DNA of 64,000 bases from Clostridia bacterium (GTDB taxonomy: Bacteria > Bacillota > Clostridia > Acetivibrionales > UBA4821), in assembly GCA_041687355.1 (NCBI GenBank), contig JAWLCD010000011.1, positions 2,217-66,216 on the forward strand, written 5' to 3'. A program made the position numbers and the translations under genes. The notes beneath the pieces were generated by a model. The model saw only the letters and a list, made by a program, of their open reading frames with translations, was not told the origin of the DNA and ran no database searches. Positions 50,062 to 61,044 of the stretch are shown here, piece by piece (position 1 is the first letter of the stretch; each line of letters begins with the position of its first letter).

Positions 50062-51165
50062 ATGGACAACCTGCTGAAAACACCTTTGTATGAACTGCAT
50101 AAGATGCAGGGAGCTAGAATAATAGATTTTGCAGGGTGGGCCCTGCCGGTTCAGTTCTCGGGTATTATTGAAGAACATCTGATGGTTAGGACCGGAGCAG
50201 GGCTATTTGATGTTTCCCACATGGGGGAAATAGTAGTAACGGGGAAAGGGGCAGTGAGACTTCTTGATTATCTCCTGGCAAATGAAATTTCTTCGCTGGA
50301 GAATGGAATTATCAGATACTCTCATATTTGCAACCCCAATGGGGGTGTGGTAGATGATATTCTGGTATACAGGCTTGGTATTGAAGAATTCCTACTGGTG
50401 GTTAATGCCTCGAATATTGGAAAAGACCTTAGCTGGATAAAGTCTTATGCATACGGAGACGTGGAAGTTGAAGATGTGTCCGGAACAACTGCACAGCTGG
50501 CTGTACAGGGACCATTTGCAGAGGGGGTTATACAAAAGCTTATTTCGGATAAGATAGCCGGTATGAAGTACTATTCCTTCCAGCGTGATGTTCATATTGG
50601 TAGGCATAGGTGTATCCTTTCCAGGACAGGCTATACCGGTGAAGACGGTTTTGAAATATACTGTTCCCAGGATGAGGCATCTGATTTGTGGAATTTGCTG
50701 ATGGACGCCGGAGAAGAGTATAATCTAAGACCTGCTGGATTGGGTGCAAGAGATACCTTGAGGTTTGAAGCATGCCTGCCTCTTTACGGGCACGAGCTGT
50801 CTGAAGATATTACGCCGCTGGAAGCGGGGCTTGGGCGTTTTGTGAAAATGGACAAAAGAGATTTTATTGGAAGGGCTGCTCTAAAAAAGCAGGCCGAGGA
50901 AGGTTTGAAGCGGAGGTTGGCCGGTCTTGAAATGATGGATAGGGGAATACCGAGAACCGAATATGGTGTATTCCATAAAGGGAGTCCAGTGGGATTTGTA
51001 ACAACAGGTTCATACTGTCCTGCACTTCAGAAGAATCTTGCACTGGCCATAATTGATATAAACAGCTCCGAAATTGGACAAGTGGTTGAGGTGGACATAC
51101 GAGGCAGAAAGCTAGAAGCAAAGGTAGTTGATACCCCGTTTTACAGGAGGAGTGTCAAAACCTGA
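50062..51165 (+). CDS. gcvT: Glycine cleavage system aminomethyltransferase T
   Basis: LLKTPLYELHKMQGARIIDFAGWALPVQF; GLFDVSHMGEI; RTGYTGEDGFEIY. Confidence 0.97.
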   Translation: MDNLLKTPLYELHKMQGARIIDFAGWALPVQFSGIIEEHLMVRTGAGLFDVSHMGEIVVTGKGAVRLLDYLLANEISSLENGIIRYSHICNPNGGVVDDILVYRLGIEEFLLVVNASNIGKDLSWIKSYAYGDVEVEDVSGTTAQLAVQGPFAEGVIQKLISDKIAGMKYYSFQRDVHIGRHRCILSRTGYTGEDGFEIYCSQDEASDLWNLLMDAGEEYNLRPAGLGARDTLRFEACLPLYGHELSEDITPLEAGLGRFVKMDKRDFIGRAALKKQAEEGLKRRLAGLEMMDRGIPRTEYGVFHKGSPVGFVTTGSYCPALQKNLALAIIDINSSEIGQVVEVDIRGRKLEAKVVDTPFYRRSVKT

Positions 51166-51190
51166 AATAGATATGGGAGGGGAAAGTGTT

Positions 51191-51577
51191 ATGAACATTC
51201 CAGCAGAACTGAGGTATACACAGAAGCATGAATGGGTAAGGATAGAAGGCAGCAAGGCATATATAGGCATAACCGATTTTGCACAGCATTCTTTAGGTGA
51301 TATTGTCTTTGTGGAGCTGCCTGAGGAAGGCATGATTCTAAAAGCCGGGGATTCACTTGGGGTGGTTGAATCAGTAAAAGCGGTGTCGGATGTATACTGC
51401 CCACTCAGTGGAACGGTTGGTGAGGTAAACCGGGCGCTGATTGATTATCCTGAAAAAATAAATCAAGCTCCGTATGAAAACTGGATGGCAGTAATTGAAG
51501 TTACTGACCCGGGTGAGGTTGATAAGCTCCTTACTCCGGAGCAGTATGAAGAAACGGTAAAGAATGAATCTCAGTAA
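51191..51577 (+). CDS. gcvH: Glycine cleavage system H protein
   Basis: YTQKHEWVRIEGSKAYIGITDFAQHSLGDIVFVELPEEG; GVVESVKAVSDVYCPLSG (lipoyl Lys). Confidence 0.97.
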   Translation: MNIPAELRYTQKHEWVRIEGSKAYIGITDFAQHSLGDIVFVELPEEGMILKAGDSLGVVESVKAVSDVYCPLSGTVGEVNRALIDYPEKINQAPYENWMAVIEVTDPGEVDKLLTPEQYEETVKNESQ

Positions 51578-51614
51578 ATAGATAGACTAAATCGAAGAAT
51601 AAAAGGAGGCTGAC

Positions 51615-52955
51615 ATGCACCCTTATATTCCTATTACTGAAGTGGATAGAGAGGAAATGCTGGCTTCAATAGGAGCCGGGTCCATAGAGGAATTATTTGA
51701 GGATATTCCTGAAGTTATAAGACTGGGTAGAAAGCTTGAGCTCCCGGATAGAAAGCCCGAGATGGAGTTAAGAAACTATTTCAGGGAGTTAAGCATGAAG
51801 AACGGGTCAGACTATCTGTGTTTCAGGGGTGCAGGCGCATACCGGCATTATATACCCTCAATAATTGGGCATATTGTGTCAAGGTCGGAATTCTATACGG
51901 CATATACTCCCTACCAGCCCGAAGTAAGCCAGGGTATTTTGCAGGCCATATTTGAATATCAGACCATGATATGCGAGCTAACGGGCATGGATGTATCGAA
52001 TGCCTCGGTATATGACGGAGCGACTGCTGCAGCTGAGGCAGTTTTTATGGCTGCTGACATAACCGGTCGCAGCAAGGTTCTTCTTCCTTTATCGGTAAGC
52101 CCTGATGTTAGAAGGGTCATAAGTACTTATTGTAAGGCTTCGGGCATTGAAGTTGTTGAAGCGGCCTATTCCCAAGGGTTAACTGACATAAATGACCTTA
52201 AATCAAAACTCGATTCCGAAACGGCAGCAGTGGTAGTTCAGAGTCCAAATTTCTTCGGATGCATCGAACCATGCCGGGAGCTCTTTGAGTCTGTCCACGC
52301 GTCTGGTGCGGCTGCCGTTATGCATGCAGATCCAATATCACTTGGAATGCTTGAATCTCCAGCCGAACTGGGGGCAGATATTGCAGTCGGGGATGGACAA
52401 CCTTTAGGAAACCCTCTGAACTTCGGAGGGCCATACCTAGGATTCATGGCTGTAAGAGAAAAGCATATGAGGAGACTCCCGGGCAGAATTGTGGGAGAGA
52501 CTGTGGACAGGCACGCAAACAGAGGTTTTGTGCTGACTCTTCAGGCAAGAGAGCAGCATATCAGGCGTGAAAAAGCATCGTCAAATATCTGCACCAATCA
52601 GGCACTTAATGCCCTTACCGCTGCTGTGTATCTAAGCATTATGGGTAGCAAAGGACTGAAAAAGGTTGCAGAGCTCTGTATGCAAAAATCCTACTATGCC
52701 GCGCAAGTGATTGCCGGCATAAGTAAATACAGTCTTGCTTTTGGTAGTCCTTTCTTCAGAGAGTTTGTGGTGAAATCGAGTTCAAAAGCTGGAGACATAA
52801 ACTTAAAGCTGATGGAGCAAAACATTATTGGAGGATATGAGTTGGAGAATGACTATCCTGAACTGAAGAACCATATGCTTTTTTGCGTAACCGAGATAAT
52901 ATCAAAGAAGGATATAGATAATCTGGTAAACATACTTGGCCGGAGAGGGAGGTGA
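51615..52955 (+). CDS. gcvPA: Glycine dehydrogenase (decarboxylating) subunit 1
   Basis: [19 protein letters not shown]; [34 protein letters not shown]. Confidence 0.97.
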   Translation: MHPYIPITEVDREEMLASIGAGSIEELFEDIPEVIRLGRKLELPDRKPEMELRNYFRELSMKNGSDYLCFRGAGAYRHYIPSIIGHIVSRSEFYTAYTPYQPEVSQGILQAIFEYQTMICELTGMDVSNASVYDGATAAAEAVFMAADITGRSKVLLPLSVSPDVRRVISTYCKASGIEVVEAAYSQGLTDINDLKSKLDSETAAVVVQSPNFFGCIEPCRELFESVHASGAAAVMHADPISLGMLESPAELGADIAVGDGQPLGNPLNFGGPYLGFMAVREKHMRRLPGRIVGETVDRHANRGFVLTLQAREQHIRREKASSNICTNQALNALTAAVYLSIMGSKGLKKVAELCMQKSYYAAQVIAGISKYSLAFGSPFFREFVVKSSSKAGDINLKLMEQNIIGGYELENDYPELKNHMLFCVTEIISKKDIDNLVNILGRRGR

Positions 52956-52965
52956 GGTTATCCGT

Positions 52966-54414
52966 ATGGAGAGAATTGAATTGATATTTGATAGAAGCAG
53001 AGAGGGAAAACAAGGAGTTGTACTACCTGGCAGCGATGTTCCTGAACAAGCTCTGAGGATACCTGATGAATATATGCGCCGGGAAGAGCCGCTTCTACCT
53101 GAGGTGAGTGAAACTGATGTAGTCAGGCATTTTACCGCTCTGTCAAGAAAGAACCATGGAGTGGATACGGGTTTTTATCCACTCGGTTCATGTACAATGA
53201 AATACAACCCCAAAATCAATGAGGATATTGCCCAGCTCGACGGCTTTACCGGACTACATCCATGCAGCCCGGAAGAGTTATCACAGGGAAGCCTGGAAGT
53301 ATTATACAACATGGACAAGTTTCTGGTTGAGATAACCGGTATGGATAGGATGTCTCTCCAGCCTGCTGCTGGAGCACATGGAGAATTAACCGGCGCAATG
53401 ATAATCAAAGCGTACCATGAGTCTAGAGGGGATTATAAGAGAGATAAAATAATCATACCTGATTCTGCTCACGGTACAAATCCTGCAACGGCTTCCATGC
53501 TGGGATATAAGGTGATAGAGGTCAGATCAGATTCCCGGGGAGGTATAGATTTGCAGCACCTCAAGGAAATTGCAGGCCAGGATACGGCTGGGCTTATGCT
53601 TACCAATCCAAATACCCTGGGGCTGTTTGATGAAAATATTATTGAGATATGTAGAATAGTTCATGATGCCGGAGGCCTTCTTTACTATGACGGGGCAAAT
53701 CTTAACGCTGTAATGGGTATATCTAGACCTGGAGATATGGGGTTTGATATAGTTCATCTTAATCTTCATAAGACATTCTCAACCCCTCATGGGGGAGGGG
53801 GCCCCGGAAGTGGTCCTGTAGGCGTGAAGAAAAAGCTGGAACCCTTTTTGCCGGTTCCGCTTATTGAAAAAAGAAACAGCAGATATTTCTTCGACTATGA
53901 CAGGCCTCAATCCATTGGGAAGGTAAAGATGTTCTACGGGAACTTTCAGGTAATCCTTAAAGCATATGCCTATATACTTGCAATGGGAGCCGAGGGACTA
54001 AAGAAGGCAAGCGAGACGGCAGTGCTTAATGCCAACTATATTATGAGAAAGCTGGAGGATAAATATAACCTTCCGTATAACAGAAACTGTAAGCATGAAT
54101 TTGTGCTTTCAGGACTGAAGGATAAAAAAGATGGTATAACAACCATGGATGTTGCAAAAAGGCTGCTGGATTGGGGAATTCACCCTCCAACAGTTTATTT
54201 TCCTCTGATTGTAAAGGATGCACTGATGATTGAACCTACTGAAACTGAGAGCAAGGAAACCCTGGATAGGTTTGTTGAAATTATGAAGGGGATAGCAAAA
54301 GAAGCAGTTGAGAGTGATCAACTACTTAGAGAAGCGCCCCATATTACTCCTGTAAGAAGATTAGACGAGGTACAGGCAGCCCGAAAACCGATACTCAGAT
54401 GGAAAGCCGATTGA
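52966..54414 (+). CDS. gcvPB: Glycine dehydrogenase (decarboxylating) subunit 2
   Basis: [17 protein letters not shown]; [24 protein letters not shown]; LRWKAD C-terminus. Confidence 0.97.
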   Translation: MERIELIFDRSREGKQGVVLPGSDVPEQALRIPDEYMRREEPLLPEVSETDVVRHFTALSRKNHGVDTGFYPLGSCTMKYNPKINEDIAQLDGFTGLHPCSPEELSQGSLEVLYNMDKFLVEITGMDRMSLQPAAGAHGELTGAMIIKAYHESRGDYKRDKIIIPDSAHGTNPATASMLGYKVIEVRSDSRGGIDLQHLKEIAGQDTAGLMLTNPNTLGLFDENIIEICRIVHDAGGLLYYDGANLNAVMGISRPGDMGFDIVHLNLHKTFSTPHGGGGPGSGPVGVKKKLEPFLPVPLIEKRNSRYFFDYDRPQSIGKVKMFYGNFQVILKAYAYILAMGAEGLKKASETAVLNANYIMRKLEDKYNLPYNRNCKHEFVLSGLKDKKDGITTMDVAKRLLDWGIHPPTVYFPLIVKDALMIEPTETESKETLDRFVEIMKGIAKEAVESDQLLREAPHITPVRRLDEVQAARKPILRWKAD

Positions 54415-54453
54415 CGCAAGGACTCCTGCCTCAGGTAGACAGGAGTCCTTTTT

Positions 54454-56241
54454 TTATTCAACCTTAAATTTCTTGACCAATTCAGTCAGCTCGGATGCCA
54501 GGAAAGCAAGTTCCTGGGCAGTTGCAGACATTTCCTGTATGGATGCGGTTTGTTCCTCTGTTCCAGCTGATATTTCCTGTATGGATGCGGAAGACTGCTG
54601 AGAAATTGCAGCAACATTTTGTACTGCGTTAACTACCTGCTCAGCGTGTGACAGCTGGGTCTGTGCCGACTGTGAAATCTGGGTTGTAGTTTGAGAAGTT
54701 TCTTTGATAGCAGAATTAATATCTTCAAAGGTCCTATACAGGTTATTTATGATTTCCTTACCTTCCAAAACTTCTTTGGAGCCAACTTCGATAGATTTGA
54801 CCGAACGTATAGTCTCGTCCTGAATTCCCCTGATAAGCACTTCGATTTCTTTTGCAGCCCTGGTACTTTCTTCTGCCAGCTTACGAACTTCTTCAGCTAC
54901 TATGGCAAACCCTTTTCCCGATTCCCCTGCCCTTGCTGCCTCAATCGCAGCATTCAAAGCGAGAAGATTGGTCTGGTCTGCGATGGTTGTAATGGTGGAA
55001 ATAATATCTCCAACATGCTGTGATTTCTTACCCAGTGCACGTATTACCTCGGTCGTGTCGGTGATAGTGCTGGTTATATTGTTCATCTTCTCAACCGCTG
55101 CTACGGCAGCAGCAGCACCTACCTGGGAGCGGTCTATAGCCTGGTTGGATGCATTCACAGCAGATTGGGCATTCAAATATACCTGGTTGGCCAGAGCAGC
55201 AACCTGTTCTATCAATTTAGAAGTTTCATCAATACGTTCTGTCTGGGATGCAGCACCTGAAGAGACTTCCTGTATGGATGATGCTATTTCCTGGGATGAT
55301 ACATTAACTTGCTGGGCACTGGCAGACAGAATCTGTGAGAACGAAGATACCTTGTGAGATGAAGTGGCTATTCCTTTTATAATGTCCCTCAGGCTAACAA
55401 TTATATGATTCATGCTGTCAATTAGTTTTCTTATATCACTAGCAGTTTTCTGACGTATATTTATGGTCCTGCTCAAATCTCCTGTCGCTACACCACTTGA
55501 TACATTTACAAGGTCAGGAATAGGGTGAGTAATTGAATTGCCTATATACAGAGCTGCAATCAGGTTAAGGATTGACAGTATTATGGTTGCTGTGATTACC
55601 GCAAGAATTACTATGTGTGTAATTTGCTTTTCCATTCCCTTGGCGTTTGCTGCAAATTCATTATCTACATCATGTGAAGCATTAATCAGTATGCTTATTT
55701 CCTTATCAATTTCTTCAGATAGCTCGGAATCTACGTTGTTTTTTTCAAACGCAACAAGTTTTTCGAAGAGCTCTGCCTTTTTAAGATTGCGGTCCAATGC
55801 AACCTTAGAATGGTCAGCGAGAGCTTTGACAGAGTCTCCTTTTGCCAGTTTAAAGAAATCTATGGTAAACTGTACATTTCTGGCATCATCAATGTTGAAG
55901 CCAAATTTACTCAGGTTTAAATCAACCAGACTTTCGAGGCTGCTGTAGGACTTATTGGAGAACTTCTCAAATAGAGTTCCTAAAATAGTCAGTGAATCAA
56001 TGCACTCGTTGAACCGTTTAAAATCTTCCACATCCTCGGAGGAGACATAACTCTTATAATAGATATCACACATACTCTCAAATTCATTGAAGGTTGACTC
56101 AGCCTTCATCAATGTTGATGTTCCTAAGATAATCTTTTCACCAAACCAGACTAGGGATACTATCATGATTAGTTCAATCACAAAAAGGCATAAAATCAAG
56201 ATTAGTTTACCCTTGATGGTTGATGCAGTAGGTCTTAGCAT
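54454..56241 (-). CDS. Methyl-accepting chemotaxis protein
   Basis: Two TM segments, HAMP, signalling core [40 protein letters not shown]. Confidence 0.95.
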   Translation of the reverse strand: MLRPTASTIKGKLILILCLFVIELIMIVSLVWFGEKIILGTSTLMKAESTFNEFESMCDIYYKSYVSSEDVEDFKRFNECIDSLTILGTLFEKFSNKSYSSLESLVDLNLSKFGFNIDDARNVQFTIDFFKLAKGDSVKALADHSKVALDRNLKKAELFEKLVAFEKNNVDSELSEEIDKEISILINASHDVDNEFAANAKGMEKQITHIVILAVITATIILSILNLIAALYIGNSITHPIPDLVNVSSGVATGDLSRTINIRQKTASDIRKLIDSMNHIIVSLRDIIKGIATSSHKVSSFSQILSASAQQVNVSSQEIASSIQEVSSGAASQTERIDETSKLIEQVAALANQVYLNAQSAVNASNQAIDRSQVGAAAAVAAVEKMNNITSTITDTTEVIRALGKKSQHVGDIISTITTIADQTNLLALNAAIEAARAGESGKGFAIVAEEVRKLAEESTRAAKEIEVLIRGIQDETIRSVKSIEVGSKEVLEGKEIINNLYRTFEDINSAIKETSQTTTQISQSAQTQLSHAEQVVNAVQNVAAISQQSSASIQEISAGTEEQTASIQEMSATAQELAFLASELTELVKKFKVE

Positions 56242-56410
56242 GGAAGTTTCTCCCCCTTGTTAAATACTTTTGTTTTTCTATTTACTTCGACATTAATTCA
56301 GAAAGTCCTTTAATGGTTAAGATCGGAAGTATTAACTGTTAACTTTATAGAAAAATACCAGCTAAAAGCAAGCTGGTCCAAGATAATATTCTAAAAGGGG
56401 GTGAAAGCTT

Positions 56411-56614
56411 TCATACTACTTCATATCCGGCTGTCCTTATCACTTTTTTTATGGTATCGCCATCGGTTTTTTCATCATCAAACGTGATTTTTACGTTACG
56501 GGTTTTAAAATCAAATTCTATGTCGCTGGCACCTGCATTTTTAACGCGGTTTTCAATTTTTTCTGCACAGGATTCACAGTTCATGCCTGGCAGGTTGAAC
56601 TCAACGGCTTTCAT
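56411..56614 (-). CDS. Heavy-metal-associated (CopZ-like) domain protein
   Basis: 67 aa with GMNCESC metal-binding motif and HMA ferredoxin-like pattern. Confidence 0.88.
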   Translation of the reverse strand: MKAVEFNLPGMNCESCAEKIENRVKNAGASDIEFDFKTRNVKITFDDEKTDGDTIKKVIRTAGYEVV

Positions 56615-56845
56615 AATATTACCTCCAGAACAATTATTATTTTTAAGTCTTACTGCTGAAATACAGCATGTATTATAAGTTATCCAAAATATTGACCTCT
56701 ATTCATATGCTGCAGACGTAGAGGAGGTGTAGAAATAAAAAAGTTGAAAATACCTTTTATTTCACATAGAATTATTCATGACGGTTTAGATTTATTAAAT
56801 GCGAAAAAGCTGAATGACCTACAATAAAGAGGAGTTGAAGCGGTT

Positions 56846-57226
56846 TTGGAATTAACCTGTGGTGTTGATATAATTGAGATAAAACGGGTTAGGAAAGCAG
56901 TTGAGGGTAACAGGGAAAGATTTCTGGGCAAGGTTTTTACACGGGATGAAATTGATTACTGCGAGCAGAGGGCAGCGGCAAAGTACCAGCACTATGCTGC
57001 AAGGTTTGCTGCCAAGGAAGCTGTTGCAAAAGCTCTGGGACTTGGTTTTACAAATGGAATCTGGTGGACCGACATTGAAGTTATAAAAGATCCTAACGGA
57101 AAGCCATCAATCAAGCTTTATGGGCAGGCTGAAGCTACAGCCCAGGTTCTTGGAATCAAGTCTTTAAATATAAGCCTCTCCCACTGCAAAGAATATGCAG
57201 TTGCAAATGCGGTATGCATATTTTAA
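56846..57226 (+). CDS. acpS: Holo-[acyl-carrier-protein] synthase
   Basis: GVDIIEIKRVRKAVEG; FTRDEIDYCEQRAAAKYQHYAARFAAKEAVAKALG; ISLSHCKEYAVANAV; TTG start. Confidence 0.95.
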   Translation: MELTCGVDIIEIKRVRKAVEGNRERFLGKVFTRDEIDYCEQRAAAKYQHYAARFAAKEAVAKALGLGFTNGIWWTDIEVIKDPNGKPSIKLYGQAEATAQVLGIKSLNISLSHCKEYAVANAVCIF

Positions 57227-57287
57227 TTACTCTGGACTTTTTATGCAGTTCGATAGTAAAATATAGAAAAATTGAGAGGGTGTTGGT

Positions 57288-58166
57288 ATGGGTGAAAGAT
57301 TAATTTACATTGATGGACAATATTATCCGAAGTCTGAGGCAAAGGTTTCGGTTTTTGACCATGGGTTCCTCTATGGTGATGGGGTTTTTGAAGGAATAAG
57401 AGCATACAACGGACGTATTTTCAAGTGTAAGGAACATATTGACAGGCTTTATATGGGTGCTAAAACTATTGGACTGAGTATCCCGCTCAATAAGACCGAG
57501 ATGACTGAGGCACTGCTTGATATATGCAGGAAGAATGAAATAAGGGATGGGTATATCAGACTGGTGGTTTCCAGAGGCATGGGAGATCTCGGACTGAGCC
57601 CGACCAAATGTCCCAGGCCCAGCGTGGTTATTATTGCCGATTCCATAGTCCTTTACCCGGAAGAAATGTATTCAGAAGGGATGAAGGTTATTACAGCTTC
57701 AACAAGAAGAAATAATCCGTCAGCACTTGACCCTCAGATAAAATCACTGAACTACCTGAACAATATCCTTGCTAAAATTGAGGCTGACAGGGCGGGAGTT
57801 CCCGAAGCCATTATGCTGAATACTGCAGGAGTGGTATGTGAGTGTACAGGGGACAATATCTTCCTGGTTAAGGATGGAGTCCTGATTACCCCTCCACCTT
57901 ATGTGGGAGCCCTTGACGGAATAACCAGAGCAGTTGTCATTGAGCTTGCCGGTAAGCTGGGATATAAGGTGGAGGAAAAAGAGTTTACCTTATACAATGT
58001 TTATAATGCTGATGAATGTTTCTTTACTGGTACTGCTGCAGAAGTTATCGGAGTTACCGAAGTAGATGGCAGGGTAATTGGCTCAGGCATGGCCGGGGAG
58101 ATTACCATGAAATTTATGAATGCTTTTAAAGAGTATACCCAAAGCCAGGGAGAGCCAATTTATTGA
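57288..58166 (+). CDS. ilvE: Branched-chain amino acid aminotransferase
   Basis: VFDHGFLYGDGVFEGIRAYNGRIFKCKEHIDRLY; LNNILAKIEADRAGVPEAIMLN; Class IV aminotransferase. Confidence 0.95.
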   Translation: MGERLIYIDGQYYPKSEAKVSVFDHGFLYGDGVFEGIRAYNGRIFKCKEHIDRLYMGAKTIGLSIPLNKTEMTEALLDICRKNEIRDGYIRLVVSRGMGDLGLSPTKCPRPSVVIIADSIVLYPEEMYSEGMKVITASTRRNNPSALDPQIKSLNYLNNILAKIEADRAGVPEAIMLNTAGVVCECTGDNIFLVKDGVLITPPPYVGALDGITRAVVIELAGKLGYKVEEKEFTLYNVYNADECFFTGTAAEVIGVTEVDGRVIGSGMAGEITMKFMNAFKEYTQSQGEPIY

Positions 58167-58212
58167 TGCTTTCATTATTATTGACTAACTGCCTATTAAT
58201 GGTAATATATTT

Positions 58213-58400
58213 ATAAACAGGATTCTTGGATTCAGGAGGAGTTTTATTCTCCATCTGAATGTTAGAATCCGTTATCCAGGGACGTAGCGCCGCTTAGACT
58301 ACTAGTCGCTTGATTTCAAAGAAATCTTAGCGATAGTGTCCATCTTTGATGCTCCCACTTGAAGAAGGGGAGAGTCTTAGCGGCGGTAGTCATCGGATAA
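58213..58400 (-). repeat. Interspersed structured repeat, copy 2 (inverted relative to 24781-24965)
   Basis: Reverse complement matches copy 1 over essentially the full unit: TTATCCGATGACTACCGCCGCTAAGACTC...GAATCCAAGAATCCTGTTTAT. Confidence 0.93.
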
Positions 58401-58431
58401 ATAAATAATAATCCAGGGGGTAACAGAACCA

Positions 58432-60606
58432 ATGCCAATTCCAAATCGTGGGCAGGAGGTATCAAAGGTCCCCCAATTCAGACACACTATAGTGTTCAGA
58501 GTTATTATAAGTCTGGTCATTTTAACCCTTAGTACCATCATATGTATAATAGGGTTTTACAGGAGTATGCCTATTCTAATGGTAATAGGCCTTCTGTTTA
58601 TTGGCCTGGTGTTAATTGACGCATTTAAAAGGTTCAACCTGAAACTGATAGCCATTTTGCTTACATTTACTTATGTTCCGGCAGTTGCACTGCTGTGGCC
58701 CCTTGTTCACCACTTCCATTTTCAGATTATTGATAATTCGATATATAGATTGGAATCACTTGCATTTACCAAGGCTACTTACATCGACGAGTGGTTGAAT
58801 CAAAGGGACAACGACCTTCTTTTCCTTGAAGAAAATATTAAGACATTAAATTACGGAATGTCTTCGGAGTCAGGCATTCAGGATAACCAATTATACATTA
58901 GAAAAACCGGTGAACTTCTTGATAAGTTTACAAAATCATCCCCAATTTATAGAGATGTTTTTATTATGGATATGAATGGACAAGCAGTATTGTCTTCCGA
59001 TAATACTGCTGAACCCGGAGATTATTCAATGCTTGTACAAAACTCAAACCTGAGTCGAGAGCTCATTGTTTCAGAGGTATTTCTGGATTCAAGACAGCCT
59101 GTAATTACTGTCTTTAAGACTATTGAATTTGCAGGGGCTGAGCATATTGCAGGAATAAAGTGTAATTTGCTTGGACTGGAAGATGTAATTAATCCAGTAA
59201 CAGGAACTGACAGGCCTGAAGACACGCTTAAGATATCTCTAGTAGATGAAAATGGATATTATACTATTACAAGCGATAAAGAAAACATCCAACCGCTTAA
59301 GTCCAAGATACATAAAAACTTTTCTAAATATCTGCAGCAAATTGGAAATATGGACTTGTATTATTATAATGATAAGGGCTTAAAAACCGTAGGAGCCTAC
59401 AGCAAAGTTAATAAAACAGGATGGTATGTAATCAGTGAGCAGTCTTTCAGGGAAATAATCTATAATGTAGATAAGAACCTGATGGACGTATTTATAATAA
59501 TGATTGTAAACTTTGCTGCTGTTCTGATTTTTGCTCCTGTTTTTTCCAAGGGGATTACCGGTCCTATCCTTAAGATAAGGGACATGGCAATTGAGGGAGC
59601 ATCAGGGAAGCTTGAAGTGCATCACGAAGAGAAAAGGCGTAATATGTTCGAGTATAGGGAAGCTGATGATACCATGAAGGCTTTCAAAAAAATGATTATC
59701 ACACTCGGTGAACTCAAAGAGTCATTGGAATCAAAGGTAGAGGAGAAGACCCGAATGGCAGCGCAGCTTAAAGAATCAAATGAGGAATTAAATGCTCAGC
59801 AGGAAGAGCTTACCTACCTTAATGAAGCTCTTTCAAAGACCAATGACGACCTGAAAGCAGCATACAATGACTTGCAGAAAACACAGACCAAGCTTATTCA
59901 GAATGAAAAAATGGCTTCACTTGGCATGCTTGTGGCCGGAGTGGCCCATGAAATAAACAGTCCGCTTGGTGCTATCAACAGTAATATTGGAAATTATGAG
60001 TCAATAATCAGGAAACTGGAGTCAAAAGCGGGTAATGATGATGAAATAAACAAGATTACTCAGGACCTCAAGACTCTAAACAATATGAATACTCTGGCGT
60101 GTGACAGGATAATAAAAATAGTACGCAGCCTGAAGAGTTTTGCAAGGCTGGATGAAGCGGAGTACAAGCAGGCTGACCTGCATGAAGGTATTGACAATAC
60201 CATTATACTGCTCAATCATAGAATCAAGGACAAGATTAAGATAATAAAAGGGTATGGCGATTTGCCCAGAGTGAATTGTTATGCCGAGCAGCTTAACCAG
60301 GTTTTTATGAATTTACTTATAAATGCTATAGAGTCAATACAGACCGAAGGTACAATACACATAAAAACCTACCATGAGGACAAGAAGATATATATAAAAA
60401 TCAAGGATAATGGTGTAGGTATCAAGAAGGAGCATATTGACAGGATATTTGACCCTGGATTTACAACCAAAGGAGTAGGGGTGGGAACTGGACTTGGATT
60501 GTCAATAGTGTACAATATTATTGAAAACCATAAGGGGAATATCCTGGTGGAAAGCCAGGAAGGCCTTGGGACTGAGTTTACTATTGAGCTGCCCTTGCAG
60601 CAGTAA
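58432..60606 (+). CDS. Membrane sensor histidine kinase (multi-TM N-terminus, Cache-like domain, HAMP, HisKA/HATPase)
   Basis: KLIQNEKMASLGMLVAGVAHEINSPLGAI (H box); QVFMNLLINAIESI (N box); DNGVGIKKEHIDRIFDPGFTTKGVGVGTGLGLSIVYNI. Confidence 0.93.
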   Translation: MPIPNRGQEVSKVPQFRHTIVFRVIISLVILTLSTIICIIGFYRSMPILMVIGLLFIGLVLIDAFKRFNLKLIAILLTFTYVPAVALLWPLVHHFHFQIIDNSIYRLESLAFTKATYIDEWLNQRDNDLLFLEENIKTLNYGMSSESGIQDNQLYIRKTGELLDKFTKSSPIYRDVFIMDMNGQAVLSSDNTAEPGDYSMLVQNSNLSRELIVSEVFLDSRQPVITVFKTIEFAGAEHIAGIKCNLLGLEDVINPVTGTDRPEDTLKISLVDENGYYTITSDKENIQPLKSKIHKNFSKYLQQIGNMDLYYYNDKGLKTVGAYSKVNKTGWYVISEQSFREIIYNVDKNLMDVFIIMIVNFAAVLIFAPVFSKGITGPILKIRDMAIEGASGKLEVHHEEKRRNMFEYREADDTMKAFKKMIITLGELKESLESKVEEKTRMAAQLKESNEELNAQQEELTYLNEALSKTNDDLKAAYNDLQKTQTKLIQNEKMASLGMLVAGVAHEINSPLGAINSNIGNYESIIRKLESKAGNDDEINKITQDLKTLNNMNTLACDRIIKIVRSLKSFARLDEAEYKQADLHEGIDNTIILLNHRIKDKIKIIKGYGDLPRVNCYAEQLNQVFMNLLINAIESIQTEGTIHIKTYHEDKKIYIKIKDNGVGIKKEHIDRIFDPGFTTKGVGVGTGLGLSIVYNIIENHKGNILVESQEGLGTEFTIELPLQQ

Positions 60607-60639
60607 AATGTGAACGGATTGATGGAGTGAGCTGGAGAT

Positions 60640-61044
60640 ATGCAGGGTTTATTAATAGTTTTTGGAGTACTATCATTCCTATTTTATCTGAAGAGTATAG
60701 TGCTTTATCCTACAATAAGATTAATTGATAGACTTGCCGGCAGTCGGGAACAACAGAAACTGGCCAACAGTCCATGGACTTCCAGGCTGCATTGTGCTGC
60801 AGGAAGTCTGTCATTTGTGTTTGCATTACTGCACATAGTGGATAAGCTTGATAAGATAATGCTGACACCGGGTTACATATCGGCTTTCTTATTATTCCTG
60901 ACCGCATTGTCAGGTTTCTTATGGAAGTATATCGATGAAAAAGAATTGATAAGCAGGTATTGGGGATTATTCCATTACCTGTTTACAGTTGGATTCTTCA
61001 TTAGCTTAGTAGTACATATAATTGATAAGATGCGTATATTATAA
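60640..61044 (+). CDS. Hypothetical multi-TM protein (cytochrome b561-like appearance)
   Basis: 134 aa with four hydrophobic segments and several TM-embedded histidines ([16 protein letters not shown]). Confidence 0.7.
   Translation: MQGLLIVFGVLSFLFYLKSIVLYPTIRLIDRLAGSREQQKLANSPWTSRLHCAAGSLSFVFALLHIVDKLDKIMLTPGYISAFLLFLTALSGFLWKYIDEKELISRYWGLFHYLFTVGFFISLVVHIIDKMRIL

Noticed and set aside
50005-50062. Expected glycine riboswitch upstream of gcvT
   Set aside because: Only 57 nt separate gcvT from the CotS-like gene and no glycine aptamer-like sequence is visible there.
54691-55948. Plus-strand ORFs (110, 151, 136 aa) opposite the chemoreceptor gene
   Set aside because: Antisense shadow ORFs of a well-supported MCP coding region.
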